Source of the DNA: Macrostomum hystrix | Taxonomy: Eukaryota; Animalia; Platyhelminthes | Length of the DNA stretch: 64,000 nt | Assembly (NCBI GenBank): GCA_950097015.1 | Contig: CATNEN010000034.1 | Location: 992,001-1,056,000 of the forward strand | Reading direction: 5' to 3' | Shown: positions 37,947 through 50,319 of the stretch, piece by piece | Layout of the letters: the number at the start of each line of letters is the position of its first letter | Numbering within the stretch: position 1 is the first letter of the stretch | Notes under the pieces: generated by a model | Database searches by the model: none | What the model saw: the letters and a program-made list of their open reading frames with translations, nothing else | What the model was told of the DNA's origin: nothing | Translations under genes and position numbers: made by a program

Positions 37947-39392
37947 AAGTAGTTTGCTAAAACTAGGTATTCCTTTGACAGCATTTTGATTTCACACTTG
38001 ATTGCTACCAACAAGTAGGCATAGGCCCAGCTATGTTTTAGTTTATAAAATTATTTAAGATAAGGTTTTATAAGATATTTTTTAAAATATATTATCAGTG
38101 CCATTATACAACTAGAACCAAATTGCTTTCATAAATTATTAAGATAAAATATTCTATACTTGTTTTACAAACACTTTTAATATTGACTTATTGAGCAATT
38201 TTAAGCCAAAGTTATAAAATTGCATCAGATAAGTATGGTAGTTAAGCAGTTATTGAATTTGCATACATTAATAGAAATTTGCTACTAAGTAATGATTGCA
38301 CTATAGCAAATTAAAAAACTGCTAGAAAGTACCAATTGGACAATAGACTCATTAGAATAAAAAACTGTCCCACCAGTGGACAGTGGGGCATCCCAAAGTG
38401 AAAAATGTGAAAGCATATATACCCTGTTTAGGTGCAGAACAAACGTGCTGAGGCACTAAAGCTAGTGCTAAAGTGCAAGGCTAACCACAGCATTATCATG
38501 GGATTGGGGTCACTTAATTTTCTCATATCTGGCTCTAGACTACTTCTTCCATCTTCAAAGTCCATGCTAACACTAACTCCTACCTTGGCCTTGTCACAAT
38601 TATCCTAGAGTTAGGCAATCTATTGCAAAATAAATGTATACAACACAGATTAGGGCATATGAAAATGCATATAAACCATTTGGCTTTAGTAGGATAACAA
38701 AACAATTTTTGAAATTTAAACATACTTGCAATTTTACTGTTAAAGTTATAGGCTTTGTTATTATTATTGCAAAGAAATATGACTACCTAAACTATTTCTT
38801 AATACATAAGAAATCAAAATCATAAAGTGCTTATGGCAATATTTGCAGTTCACACTAATACTAATGTTATATAATTAATAATTAATAATTAATTTTTAAC
38901 TTTCAAACAATACTATACTTATGTTTTATATTGACATACATTCCTATACAGCTTCACAATTGGTGCATATTTTGTTAAAAATGACAGCACTATAAAAAAC
39001 TGTGGTGCAGCTTGACATGCCACTTTTGAATAACTTTGTCTAAAATATACCAAATGACTTGACACCATTCTGGCTTGTTAAGATTCCAAGAAGTACACTG
39101 TCATCCCTTGATATCATTTTAACTTAGACTAGACATTTGCTGCTGACTGTTCTATTATAGAGCATCTTGGGCACACGTGGGCACATGGCCTATGTGCTTC
39201 AATTAGAGTTTAGGCAAAAAAGTCTAACAAAAGTGCTTACAGTTTTCCATGCAATCTGCAGTTTTATCGTATATTGCTACTTTGGACCAATTTGTCTTCT
39301 GCTTCTTCTAAGAAACCTTAAAAGAAATAAATAGCTATATTTTGGAATTGTATAGCTCATTAGCTCAAGCATTTAGCGCCTCATTTCTGTAG

Positions 39393-41813
39393 AAACTGGC
39401 GAACGAAGTAGCTGCGGTTTGTGCCAAGTCGCCCGCCACTGGCTCTAGCAAACAAGGTCGCCGTCCCAGCGTTTTAAAGCTCGCCCTTCCGTTAGCATTT
39501 GAGGCTGCCACCGAAGCCAGCGCTGCAAATTCCTCCGCCAATGTTCAGCAGCCGCTGGACGATGTTGCCGTGTTCAGACTTGACGACGGTCAGACTGTGG
39601 TGGCTCGTGCAGTGGACTTTGAAAGCCTAGGCGAGCTTGGCAGCGGCCGTTTTGGCGTTGTCGACCGGGTCCGCCATCGAGACACCGGCTGCCTGTTCGC
39701 TAGGAAACGCGTCAGGCATTCATTTGACGAACGCGAGCACGAGTTGCAGCAGCGCGAGATCAATGTCCTGCGCAAAGCGGTCGAGTGTCCGTTTGTTGTG
39801 TACTTTTATGGCGCCATATTTTACGATGGCGATATACACATTGTCATGGAGCTAATGGACGCATCGCTCAGGCAGCTGTACCTGGCGGCCTACAGTCCAG
39901 CCGTGAATCTGCCAATCACCGACCCCGTGCTGCGCTACATTGCCTACTCCGTCCTGCGCGCCCTCAGCTACATGCGCAGCATTGACGTTATGCACAGGTT
40001 GAGTTTTTTCCCGTTACTTTCAGCATTTCTTTGACCATCAACAACGGACCTTAAAGCTCGCTTTCTTAGCTTCGATAGTTTAGATAGCCGGTTTTCTCTT
40101 AAATGACTTCATATTACAGTAGCGGCCGGAGCGTACTATTTATTTAGGACGCTAGTCTGACCAAATGACGGGGTTTATTTTCTCTGTTTCTGCCACGTAT
40201 TCTCTCTACTTGGCCGATCCTCTAGAGACGTGAAGCCCAGCAATATGCTGGTTAACCGCGGCGGCCAGGTGAAAATGTGCGACTTTGGCGTTGCCGGCAT
40301 ACTAAAGAACAGTATTGCTATCTCCAATGTTGGTTGCCAACTTTACGTTGCGCCCGAGCGGGTCATTTCCATGACAACCGGAGTAATTGAGGGGGAAAGC
40401 TCCGGTTTCACTACGGCATCGGATGTCTGGTCGTTGGGCATCAGCCTATTGGAACTGGCGTGCGGTGCTCATCCCTACGGCGCTTGGAAAAATCCCTTTC
40501 ACCAGGTGACTATTTAAATGTGTTTTAAGCACTTTTACTTAAATATTTCTGTCATTTTCAAACTCTTTTATGCATCTAAACTGCAACTATGCAAAGGTTT
40601 TTAATATAGACGGTAGCCAAAAACTTAAATATAAGTAAAACTAACTGACCAGTGAGCTGCCAACAATTCCTCAGTTGATAACCTCTGCAGTATATTAGTT
40701 GTTGTCTGATACGTTTTATCGGAGTTATCCCCTATAGTTTGTCAGCTGTTATCCCCTTCAGTTTGTCAGCTGTTATCCCCTGCAGTTTGTCAGCTGTTAT
40801 CCCCTGCAGTTTTTCAGCTGTTATCCCCTGCAGTTTGTCAGCTGTTATCCCCTGAAGTTTGTCAGCTGTTATCCCCTGCAGTTTGTCAGCTGTTATCCCC
40901 TGAAGTTTGTCAGTTGTTATCCCATGCAGTTTGTCAGCTGTTATCCCCTGCAGTTTGTCAGCTGTTATCCCCTGCAGTTTGTCAGCTGTTATCCCCTTCA
41001 GTTTGTCAGCTGTTATCCCCTTCAGTTTTTCAGCTGTTATCCCCTTCAGTTTGTCAGCTGTTATCCCCTTCAGTTTGTCAGCTGTTATCCCCTTCAGTTT
41101 GTCAGCTGTTATCCCCTTCAGTTTGTCAGCTGTTATCCCCTGCAGTTTGTCAGCTGTTATCCCCTGCAGTTTGTCAGCTGTTTTCCCCTGCAGTTTTTCA
41201 GCTGTTATCCCCTGCAGTTTGTCAGCTGTTATCCCCTGCAGTTTGTCAGCTGTTATCCCCTGCAGTTTTTCAGCTGTTATCCCCTTCAGTTTGTCAGCTG
41301 TTATCCCCTGCAGTTTTTCAGCTGTTATCCCCTGCAGTTTGTCAGCTGTTATCCCCTGCAGTTTGTCAGCCGTTATCCCATGCAGTTTGTCAGCTGTTAT
41401 CCCCTTCAGTTTGTCAGCTGTTATCCCATGCAGTTTGTCAGCCGTTATCCCATGCAGTTTGTCAGCCGTTATCCCCTGCAGTTTGTCAGCGGTTTATCCG
41501 TCAAACGCAGCTTTATCTGATTCAGCCGTTTTCTGTCTCCCAGGTGCAGCATATGATTAACGGGCCTCCACCGACTCTGTCGCCAGAGACGGCAGCTGGC
41601 CGCTTCGCGGTTCCAGGAGACCTGCCAGACTTTCTGTCCTGCTGTCTGGCGAAGAATCAAGCGGACAGGTGGCGCTTCGACCGGCTCCTGACGCATCCGT
41701 ATTTGAATAGTGTCAGCGCCATTGAGTCCGATCTGCGTGAGCTGACTGGCCAGTTTGTCTGCGATGTGCTCGACCGCAGCGGCAGTGTCGCCTCTGATAA
41801 AAATGACGGTTAG
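39393..41813 (+). CDS. MAP kinase kinase (MKK3/4/6-like) paralog B, ~384 aa plus initiator; exons 39393-39997, 40226-40505, 41544-41813; start codon not located
   Basis: D-site-like RRPSVLKLAL, ELGSGRFGVV, FARK, HRDVKPSN, DFG, SIAIS, APERV, DVWSLG. Introns are phase-consistent. Open frame from acceptor tttctgtAG at 39392 with no ATG before 39846. Confidence 0.9.
40726..41490. repeat. 24-bp minisatellite, ~32 copies, in the last MAP2K-B intron
   Basis: Unit gtttgtcagctgttatcccct(g/t)ca. Confidence 0.97.
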
Positions 41814-42484
41814 CCGGCTGTGCTGACCTTACTGGTCTTCTTTTTAAATAGAACCTTAGATGGTATAAGGAGATTTGATTATTGCTGTCAATTCTGATTA
41901 AAGCTTTCGATCTCTTCATCAGCATCCGCATTCCCTGCCTTTCTGCAAGGCCTGCGAGATGTAGATTTCTTTCTATGTATATTCTGCATGAATTTTTTTA
42001 AATGCGATTCTGTCATTAATATATTTTTAATAATTATGGACTTGTTTATAAATTAATTATTCAGAAATCATTCTTACCGTGTTTTAGTCTCTTCAAACAT
42101 TGTTGATCACCTTTCTTTTATTCGTGCGTTTATAAAAGCTGCTCGTTTTTTAGGAAGCTGTTCAAAAGATTAGAGTATTTCGCTTTTGTGTCTCAATTTT
42201 TCAGCGCGAGGTTCTTTGCCAATTTTTTTTGCCTGTTTACCCCGTGCCTCCTTTTAAATAAAGGCTTTGTTTTCTAGTTTTTTTGTTTACAATGTTGCCA
42301 AAGTATTCAAGACGATTTTAGTTTAGACGATAATCTGCACAAAAACATTTTAATATAATTTTCGTCATTCTTATTGAAACATTCTCCTTTATTAATATAT
42401 ACATATAGACCCGCAAGCACTATTCGAATAAAATTTTTGCTCAGCAACTAAATTTGTCTTATTTATTCTAATCGCTTTTACAGT

Positions 42485-43331
42485 TGCACTCTTATAGACT
42501 CTAGGACAGCAGGTTGCCCTCTTACAGACTCTAGGACAGCAGGTTGCCCTCTTACAGACTCTAGGACAGCAGGTTGCCCTCTTACAGACTCTAGGACAGC
42601 AGGTTGCCCTCTTACAGACTCTAGGACAGCAGGTTGCCCTCTTACAGACTCTAGGACAGCAGGTTGCCCTCTTACAGACTCTGGGACAGCAGGTTGCCCT
42701 CTTACAGACTCTAGGACAGCAGGTTGCCCTCTTACAGACTCTAGGACAGCAGGTTGCCCTCTTACAGACTCTAGGACAGCAGGTTGCCCTCTTACAGACT
42801 CTGGGACAGCAGGTTGCCCTCTTACAGACTCTGGGACAGCAGGTTGCCCTCTTACAGACTCTGGGACAGCAGGTTGCCCTCTTACAGACTCTAGGACAGC
42901 AGGTTGCCCTCTTACAGACTCTAGGACAGCAGGTTGCCCTCTTACAGACTCTAGGACAGCAGGTTGCCCTCTTACAGACTCTAGGACAGCAGGTTGCCCT
43001 ATTACAGACTCTAGGACAGCAGGTTGCCCTCTTACAGACTCTGGGACAGCAGGTTGCCCTCTTACAGACTCTGGGACAGCAGGTTGCCCTCTTACAGACT
43101 CTAGGACAGCAGGTTGCCCTCTTACAGACTCTAGGACAGCAGGTTGCCCTCTTACAGACTCTAGGACAGCAGGTTGCCCTCTTACAGACTCTAGGACAGC
43201 AGGTTGCCCTATTACAGACTCTAGGACAGCAGGTTGCCCTCTTACAGACTCTGGGACAGCAGGTTGCCCTCTTACAGACTCTAGGACAGCAGGTTGCCCT
43301 CTTACAGACTCTAGGACAGCAGGTTGCCCTT
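42485..43331. repeat. 30-bp minisatellite, ~28 copies
   Basis: Unit ggacagcaggttgccctcttacagactct(a/g). Confidence 0.97.
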
Positions 43332-43471
43332 TCATTATAGCGGGTTGTCTATTAGAACTCATAGCTTATTAGAGTCAAAGCCAAATGAGCTGTAGCACTA
43401 TACAATTTGTTTTCTCGTCTGTTTCCAGCGGCTGGTCTCAGAGCTCGCCAACTCAGCCAGAATCAATAGAT

Positions 43472-43627
43472 ATGCCGTCGCACAAGACGTTTCGGATGAA
43501 GATGAAGCTGGCCCGCAAGCAGAAGGTCAACCGGCCGGTGCCACAGTGGGTTCGCATGCGCAATGGCAACACAGTGCGCTACAATGCCAAGAGGCGTCAC
43601 TGGCGCCGCACTAAGCTCAAGCTGTAG
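43472..43627 (+). CDS. RPL39: 60S ribosomal protein L39 (eL39), 51 aa, single coding exon
   Basis: [51 protein letters not shown] matches the eL39 signature; acceptor gtttccAG at 43428. Confidence 0.97.
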   Translation: MPSHKTFRMKMKLARKQKVNRPVPQWVRMRNGNTVRYNAKRRHWRRTKLKL

Positions 43628-43859
43628 CCTGGCAGGCAGCTTTTTATTGTGGACTTTGACCGATTTGTTAACGAAGGAAACTGAAATACAAGCTGATTTG
43701 TGTTAGGGTCGAGTTGGCTTGAGCCAGCTTACTCAGACTGCGGCTGGATTGCTGGAAAGAATTTCAGATTCTCCATTATTTTTTACTTAATGCTAGAGCA
43801 TTGCTATTCTGAAGTATAGAAGTATACTTCTGCTCATAATGCCGTCCTCGAACCCTTAG

Positions 43860-45595
43860 CACTGCTTCAGTCTCACCCTCATTCTCACTCATATTCCTTC
43901 AGTCTCACTCCACATTCCTTCAGTCTCACTCCACATTCCTTCAGTCTCACTCCACACTCCTTCAATCTCACTCCACATTCCTTCAATCTCACTCCACATT
44001 CCTTCAATCTCACTCCACATTCCTTCAATCTCACTCCACATTCCTTCAATCTCACTCCACATTCCTTCAATCTCACTCCATATTCCTTCAATCTCACTCC
44101 ACATTCCTTCAATCTCACTCCACATTCCTTCAGTCTCACTCCACATTCCTTCAGTCTCACTCCACACTCCTTCAGTCTCACTCCACATTCCTTCAATCTC
44201 ACTCCACATTCCTTCAATCTCACTCCACATTCCTTCAATCTCACTCCACATTCCTTCAGTCTCACTCCACACTCCTTCAATCTCACTCCACATTCCTTCA
44301 ATCTCACTCCACATTCCTTCAATCTCACTCCACATTCCTTCAATCTCACTCCACATTCCTTCAGTCCCACTCCACATTCCTTCAATCTCACTCCACATTC
44401 CTTCAATCTCACTCCACATTCCTTCAATCTCACTCCACATTCCTTCAGTCCCACTCCACATTCCTTCAGTCTCACTCCACATTCCTTCAATCTCACTCCA
44501 TATTCCTTCAGTCTCACTCCACATTCCTTCAGTCTCACTCCACACTCCTTCAGTCTCACTCCACATTCCTTCAGTCTCACTCCACATTCCTTCAGTCTCA
44601 CTCCACATTCCTTCAGTCTCACTCCACATTCCTTCAGTCCCACTCCACATTCCTTCAGTCTCACTCCACACTCCTTCAGTCTCACTCCACATTCCTTCAA
44701 TCTCACTCCACATTCCTTCAATCTCACTCCATATTCCTTCAATCTCACTCCACATTCCTTCAGTCTCACTCCACATTCCTTCAGTCTCACTCCACATTCC
44801 TTCAGTCTCACTCCACATTCCTTCAGTCTCACTCCACATTCCTTCAGTCTCACTCCACATTCCTTCAGTCTCACTCCACATTCCTTCAGTCCCACTCCAC
44901 ATTCCTTCAGTCTCACTCCACACTCCTTCAGTCTCACTCCACATTCCTTCAGTCTCACTCCACATTCCTTCAATCTCACTCCATATTCCTTCAATCTCAC
45001 TCCACATTCCTTCAGTCTCACTCCACATTCCTTCAGTCTCACTCCACATTCCTTCAGTCTCACTCCACATTCCTTCAGTCTCACTCCACATTCCTTCAGT
45101 CCCACTCCACATTCCTTCAGTCTCACTCCACACTCCTTCAGTCTCACTCCACATTCCTTCAATCTCACTCCACATTCCTTCAATCTCACTCCACATTCCT
45201 TCAATCTCACTCCACATTCCTTCAATCTCACTCCACATTCCTTCAATCTCACTCCATATTCCTTCAATCTCACTCCACATTCCTTCAGTCCCACTCCACA
45301 TTCCTTCAGTCTCACTCCACACTCCTTCAGTCTCACTCCACACTCCTTCAGTCTCACTCCACATTCCTTCAGTCTCACTCCACATTCCTTCAATCTCACT
45401 CCACACTCCTTCAGTCTCACTCCACATTCCTTCAATCTCACTCCACATTCCTTCAATCTCACTCCACATTCCTTCAGTCTCACTCCACATTCCTTCAATC
45501 TCACTCCACATTCCTTCAATCTCACTCCACATTCCTTCAATCTCACTCCACATTCCTTCAATCTCACTCCACATTCCTTCAGTCTCACTCCCCAT
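43860..45595. repeat. 21-bp minisatellite, ~81 copies
   Basis: Unit actccacattccttca(g/a)tctc; G-poor top strand. Confidence 0.97.
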
Positions 45596-45753
45596 TCAGT
45601 TAGTTTTATTCAGGCCTCTAATCAAGTGTTACTAGCTGATGAATTGAAATGCAATATGAATTAATGCAATTCTTTCAGCCCAACAACACCAGCTTATTGT
45701 AAAAGTTCATCGCCTTCGCTAGCCAAAAGTGGGGTTTCTCAAGGGGGCAGATT

Positions 45754-48700
45754 ATGAGCGAGCGTGACGGCCTATTGAATGGCACCGGCGGTTCGTCGAC
45801 GGCGCTGCCGCGCGATGGCGAAATATTCGCCGAGGAGGGTCACCACTCGGCTCAGCCATGGTGGCGAGCCAATTTTCTGCTGCGCATCGGCGAAACGGTG
45901 AAATTCGGCACCTGGGATGGCGTGTTCACCACCTGCCTATTGAACATTGTTGGCATGGTGGTGTTCCTGCGCACTGGCTGGGTTGTTGGCAACGCCGGCC
46001 TTCTGCTTGGCCTCCTAGTCATCCTTATCCCAGTGTCCGTTGCCTTGTTCTCCGTCCTAAGCGTCATTGGCGTCCTAGAGCGCTGCGGCGCCGAAGCCTG
46101 CGGTGTTTATCCCCTGCTTGTTCGCGTGCTGGGCGCCCGACGGGCTGCCGCTATTGGACTGATTTATTGCCTGGGCCAGGTGAAAACGGGCTGCCAGAAT
46201 AGTTGATGATTTTCCTGATCTCGCCGGTTTCACATAAAGCTTCACAGATCCCTCAGATTTAATCTGAAGCCTCACATGTTTCATGTTTAATCTGAAGCCT
46301 CACAGATCCTCAGGTTTAATCTGAAGCCTCACAGATGCCTCAGGTTTAGTCTGAAGCCTCACAGATGCCTCAGGTTTAATCTGAAGCCTCACAGATCCTC
46401 AGGTTTAATCTGAAGCCTCACAGATCCTTAGGTTTAATCTGAAGCCTCACAGATTCTCAGGTTTAATCTGAAGCCTCACAGATCCTCAGGTTTAATCTGA
46501 AGCCTCACAGATCCCTCAGGTGTAATCTGAAGCCTCACAGATCCCTCAGGTTTAATCTGAAGCCTCACAGATCCCTCAGGTTTAATCTGAAGCCTCACAG
46601 ATCTCTCAGGTTTAATCTGAAGCCTCACAGATCCCTCAGGTTTAATCTGAAGCCTCACAGATGCCTCAGGTTTAATCTGAAGCCTCACAGATCCCTCAGG
46701 TGTAATCTGAAGCCTCACAGATCCCTCAGGTTTAATCTGAAGCCTCACAGATCCCTCAGGTTTAATCTGAAGCCTCACAGATCCCTCAGGTGTAATCTGA
46801 AGCCTCACAGATGCCTCAGGTTTAATCTGAAGCCTCACAGATCCCTCAGGTTTAATCTGAAGCCTCACAGATCCCTCAGGTGTAATCTGAAGCCTCACAG
46901 ATCCCTCAGGTGTAATGTGAAGCCTCACAGATCCCTCAGGTTTAATCTGAAGCCTCACAGATGCCTCAGGTTTAATCTGAAGCCTCGCAGATGCCTCAGG
47001 TTTAATCTGAAGCCTCACAGATGCCTCAGGTTTAATCTGAAGCCTCGCAGATGTCCCAGGTTATACGTAATTAAAAAGTAACTTTACAAAGACTGCTTGC
47101 GATAGTGAGAACAAACCGCCGCTTCTGGAACCTCCACCTCGCAGACCATCGGCGCGTCGTTGAACGCAGTCGGTCTTGGCGAATCAGCCGCCTCCCTTCT
47201 ACCGCTACCGCCGTCGTCTTCCTCCGCTGCCTGGGCTGCCCGCGGCTTCGCGATCGCTGTCACAGCCGCCCTAGTGGGCGTGAACGCGGCCGGCGTCAAA
47301 TGGGTTATTCGCCTGCAGCTGGCTCTCTTAGCTCTGCTGCTGGCCGCCATTCTTGACTTCCTTGTCGGCTCCTTCGCCAATTGGCGCCACCCAGTTGGCT
47401 TCGTCGGCTATTCAACCGGCGTCATTAGCAACAATACGTTGCCAGGCAACGGTGACATTGGCGGCGGCAACAGTGCGGAGAGTTTTTTCACTGTGCTTGG
47501 CGTATTCTTTCCCACCATCACAGGGGTTATGTCCGGCGTCAATATCTGCGCAGATTTGCGCGAACCAAAACGTAGCGTTCCGCTTGGCAGCCTCTGCGCC
47601 ATCGGCGCCAGCTGCTTGCTCTACCTCACTTTCGCCCTTGTGCTGGCCGCCACCTGTACTCGAGAAGCCCTGCTCACAGATTATGCCATAGCCCAGAAGG
47701 TGGCCCTGCTGGGTCCGCTGTTTCTATGCGGCCTTTATGTTAGCGCGCTGAGCGCCGCTCTTGGCGGACTATCCGGCGCGTGCCGAATTCTGGCCGCCAT
47801 AGCAACGGACACTAAGCTGGCCTTTATGCAACCGCTAGCCGTTAGAAAGTTCTCTGTGCAGGTGAGAATTAAGATAACTTTTTATTTTAAATAAATAATA
47901 TCTTGCTACTGACAAAAGTAGTGCACCGTGTGTTTCAGATTGTTTTGGTTTGATGCTCAGTTCAGTAGAGAACCGCTACTTTTTCATCTCTCAACAGGTG
48001 CCAATCTACGCTCTTCTAACTGTGGCCAGCATCGCCCTGCTATTCATTCTAATTGGCAATGTGAACCTGCTGGCACCCATAGTTGCCATGCCATTCCTAT
48101 TGACCTACTCCGCTGTCAACTATGCCTACTTCGCGCTGGCCATGTCCTTCGACATGGAGCGTCGTAGGCGACAGCGTTTCGATGCGGCGAAGACTATTTC
48201 TTCCTTGCCAACGGCGACGTCTTCGAGGGCGGACGCTGCCAATGACGCCGAGCTGACCAGCCGTCAGCGGGCCCTGTCCCGCAGCAGCGATCTGGACAAG
48301 CTCTTCCCCGCTGAGCGCCGACGTTTAGACGACCCAGGCTCCCTTTCAAAATCGGCGCATTCGCCAATTGCGCCTACTCCGTCTGCCTCAGATATTCTAG
48401 ATAAATCTAACGCGCGCTACGCCAGCCTTAGCAACCGATGGGTCTCCTTAGCAACGGCGGTAGCCTGCCTAGTCGTAATGTTCGCCGCTCGCTGGGAGTA
48501 CGCCCTGGCTGCTGTGCTGCTGCTGGCAGCTCTGCATCTATATCTTGGCCGTGCCTATCCGGGCGCTGCTCCGGGCATCACTGCTCAATTTTCCCTGACT
48601 GACTGGCTGGCCAATCTGGCTACACAGCTTCAGCGATGCTGCTGCTGCTGCCGCAACAGCGACAAACATGGCCAAGACGACGATGAGGCCGACAATGATG

Positions 48701-48873
48701 ACGAAGCCAAGCAGCTGGTGTTGAAGCCGCCGGTTGCGCCCGAGCTGCCTCAGATGGCCAAGCCGGCCACCTTGGCCACTCAGGGCGGAGTTGGCGACTA
48801 TAGCGATCGGGCTCGATACCACCGCAGCGGCGCCCTGTCCGACCGACACCTGCCCGCCGTTGGACTGGATTAA
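45754..48873 (+). CDS. SLC12A8: Cation-chloride cotransporter family member SLC12A8/CCC9-like, ~672 aa; exons 45754-46179, 47145-47861, 47998-48873
   Basis: WW..FGTWDGVFTTCLLNIVGMVVFLRTGWVVGNAG, FGVFFP-type LGVFFPTITGVMSGVNICADLREPKRSVPLGSL, GNVNLLAPIV..LLTYSAVNYAYF, NRWVSL. Three phase-0 junction-compatible exons. Confidence 0.9.
46240..47065. repeat. 29/30-bp minisatellite, ~28 copies, in SLC12A8 intron 1
   Basis: Unit aatctgaagcctcacagat(c/g)cctcaggt(t/g)t. Confidence 0.96.
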
Positions 48874-49424
48874 TTGCTGTTCCAAAATAATACTAATTTA
48901 CAGAGTCCAGTTGACGGTTTTTCCTTTTCGGCGGTGTATTGCTCTGTGCTGTTCGCCTGCATGCGCAACTTTCTTGCTCTTTCGAGGCCTCTGGTGAAGA
49001 ACTAAATCATGGTCCAAGTGCGTCCAGTACTGCGCATATTTTCAAGGTCATTTACAAAATGTTTTACTCTTTGATTTGCCATTTGTAAAGCAACCAACTT
49101 ATTTTTTCTCCAGATATTTATTGCCTATATTTTTGCTGGTAATCTAAGCTCAGCTTTCCCAGTCCCGTTTTTTATAATGCTAAGTGCCAATAAATAATCT
49201 TTCGCTGCAATTTGCAGTCTTCCAATATCAACTTTCTTCTCAGCTTGAAAATAGTCCACCGTTTTTTGCTCTGTCTAGTCTGCTTTTTTGAGTCGTTCCC
49301 TGGTGACGGAAGTAGGTCTTTGATTGGTTCTGTTTATTTGAAAGATTCTTTTTGTATCAATTTTTGTGCGCTTGTCTTTTTGCAGTTCTGATTTTATTCA
49401 AATTTGAGCCAGAGCTCGATTCAG

Positions 49425-49560
49425 CATTGCTTCAGTTCACCCAGGTGTAAAATTGGTGCCGGCATTAGCTGTGTTGGAAAGTTAAATGGGACTGGCACCC
49501 CAGTCCATGGACCGAACATCTGTACACAGCATCTGCTCCTCGCAATAGCGTACACCAGCT
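49425..49560 (+). mobile_element. Internal fragment of the same SINE family
   Basis: ttcagttcacccaggtgtaaaattggtgcc resembles the conserved central motif of tRNA-SINE superfamilies; overlaps the 35 kb and 54.5 kb copies in sequence. Confidence 0.5.
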
Positions 49561-50319
49561 TTCAAAACCAGTTGAAAACACGTACTTTCAAATTTAAGAT
49601 GCCAAATGTGATAGGCGCCGCCGTGTCTAGTCTGTTTTAAGCTGCGCTTTTTCAGCTAAATTGTACTTCAAATTTGCCTATTTGAACAGACACATAATAT
49701 ATATAATTAACTTAAAGTCTAGATAGAAAAAATACAGTGCCTTCTTTGCGCTTTCCTTTGTTTATTAATTTTATCAGAATTCTCTTTAGGTGCAGCATCA
49801 GTTTATCCTACTGTAGGATAAGCCGCAAAGTTTTGTAAGTGAATAAACAGCCCCCCATCTCATATGAAGCAGATAGCATCGACACTATTTGCTCGTAGAT
49901 TGACGAGATAAAGGTAGGATATTAGTCTGTCATTTTTTTGAATATATACTTATACTTAGACTGCCTGAGTACATTTGTCTAATAATCATTGCCTCATCAT
50001 TCCATCTCAACATTTGTTGGCTATAAATTGCAGCAGTGCCTAGGAGCAGCCCTTCGAGCACCGGCAACACCTGCTGGCGGTTGCCTCTGCCTCTGTCGCA
50101 ACTGGATTAGGTAAGCTTTCACTTAAGAAGAGGTGATTGTGTATACAACAGCCTAGAAACATTTGCTTGCTTTGCTGCATGGTAGGAAGTAGCTCGTAAA
50201 TTGATTCATGTCATGTGTAGGACTGATTGATTCATTGTCTCAGTTGTTACAATGACAGACATCCGTTTTAATGTGTGCTCCTATATTGCCACTAGAAAAT
50301 TTAAATTTCATACTCAGAG

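Noticed and set aside
40907-41560. Repeat ORFs overlapping MAP2K-B
   Set aside because: They lie in the intron 40506-41543; only 41544-41813 is kinase sequence
42478-43362. 294-aa VRGQPAVLES repeat ORF
   Set aside because: 30-bp array artefact, antisense to the RPL39 region
43885-45595. 567/568-aa ORFs (RLKECGV / SEIEGMW repeats)
   Set aside because: The 21-bp array is open in two frames; no non-repetitive domain or splice evidence
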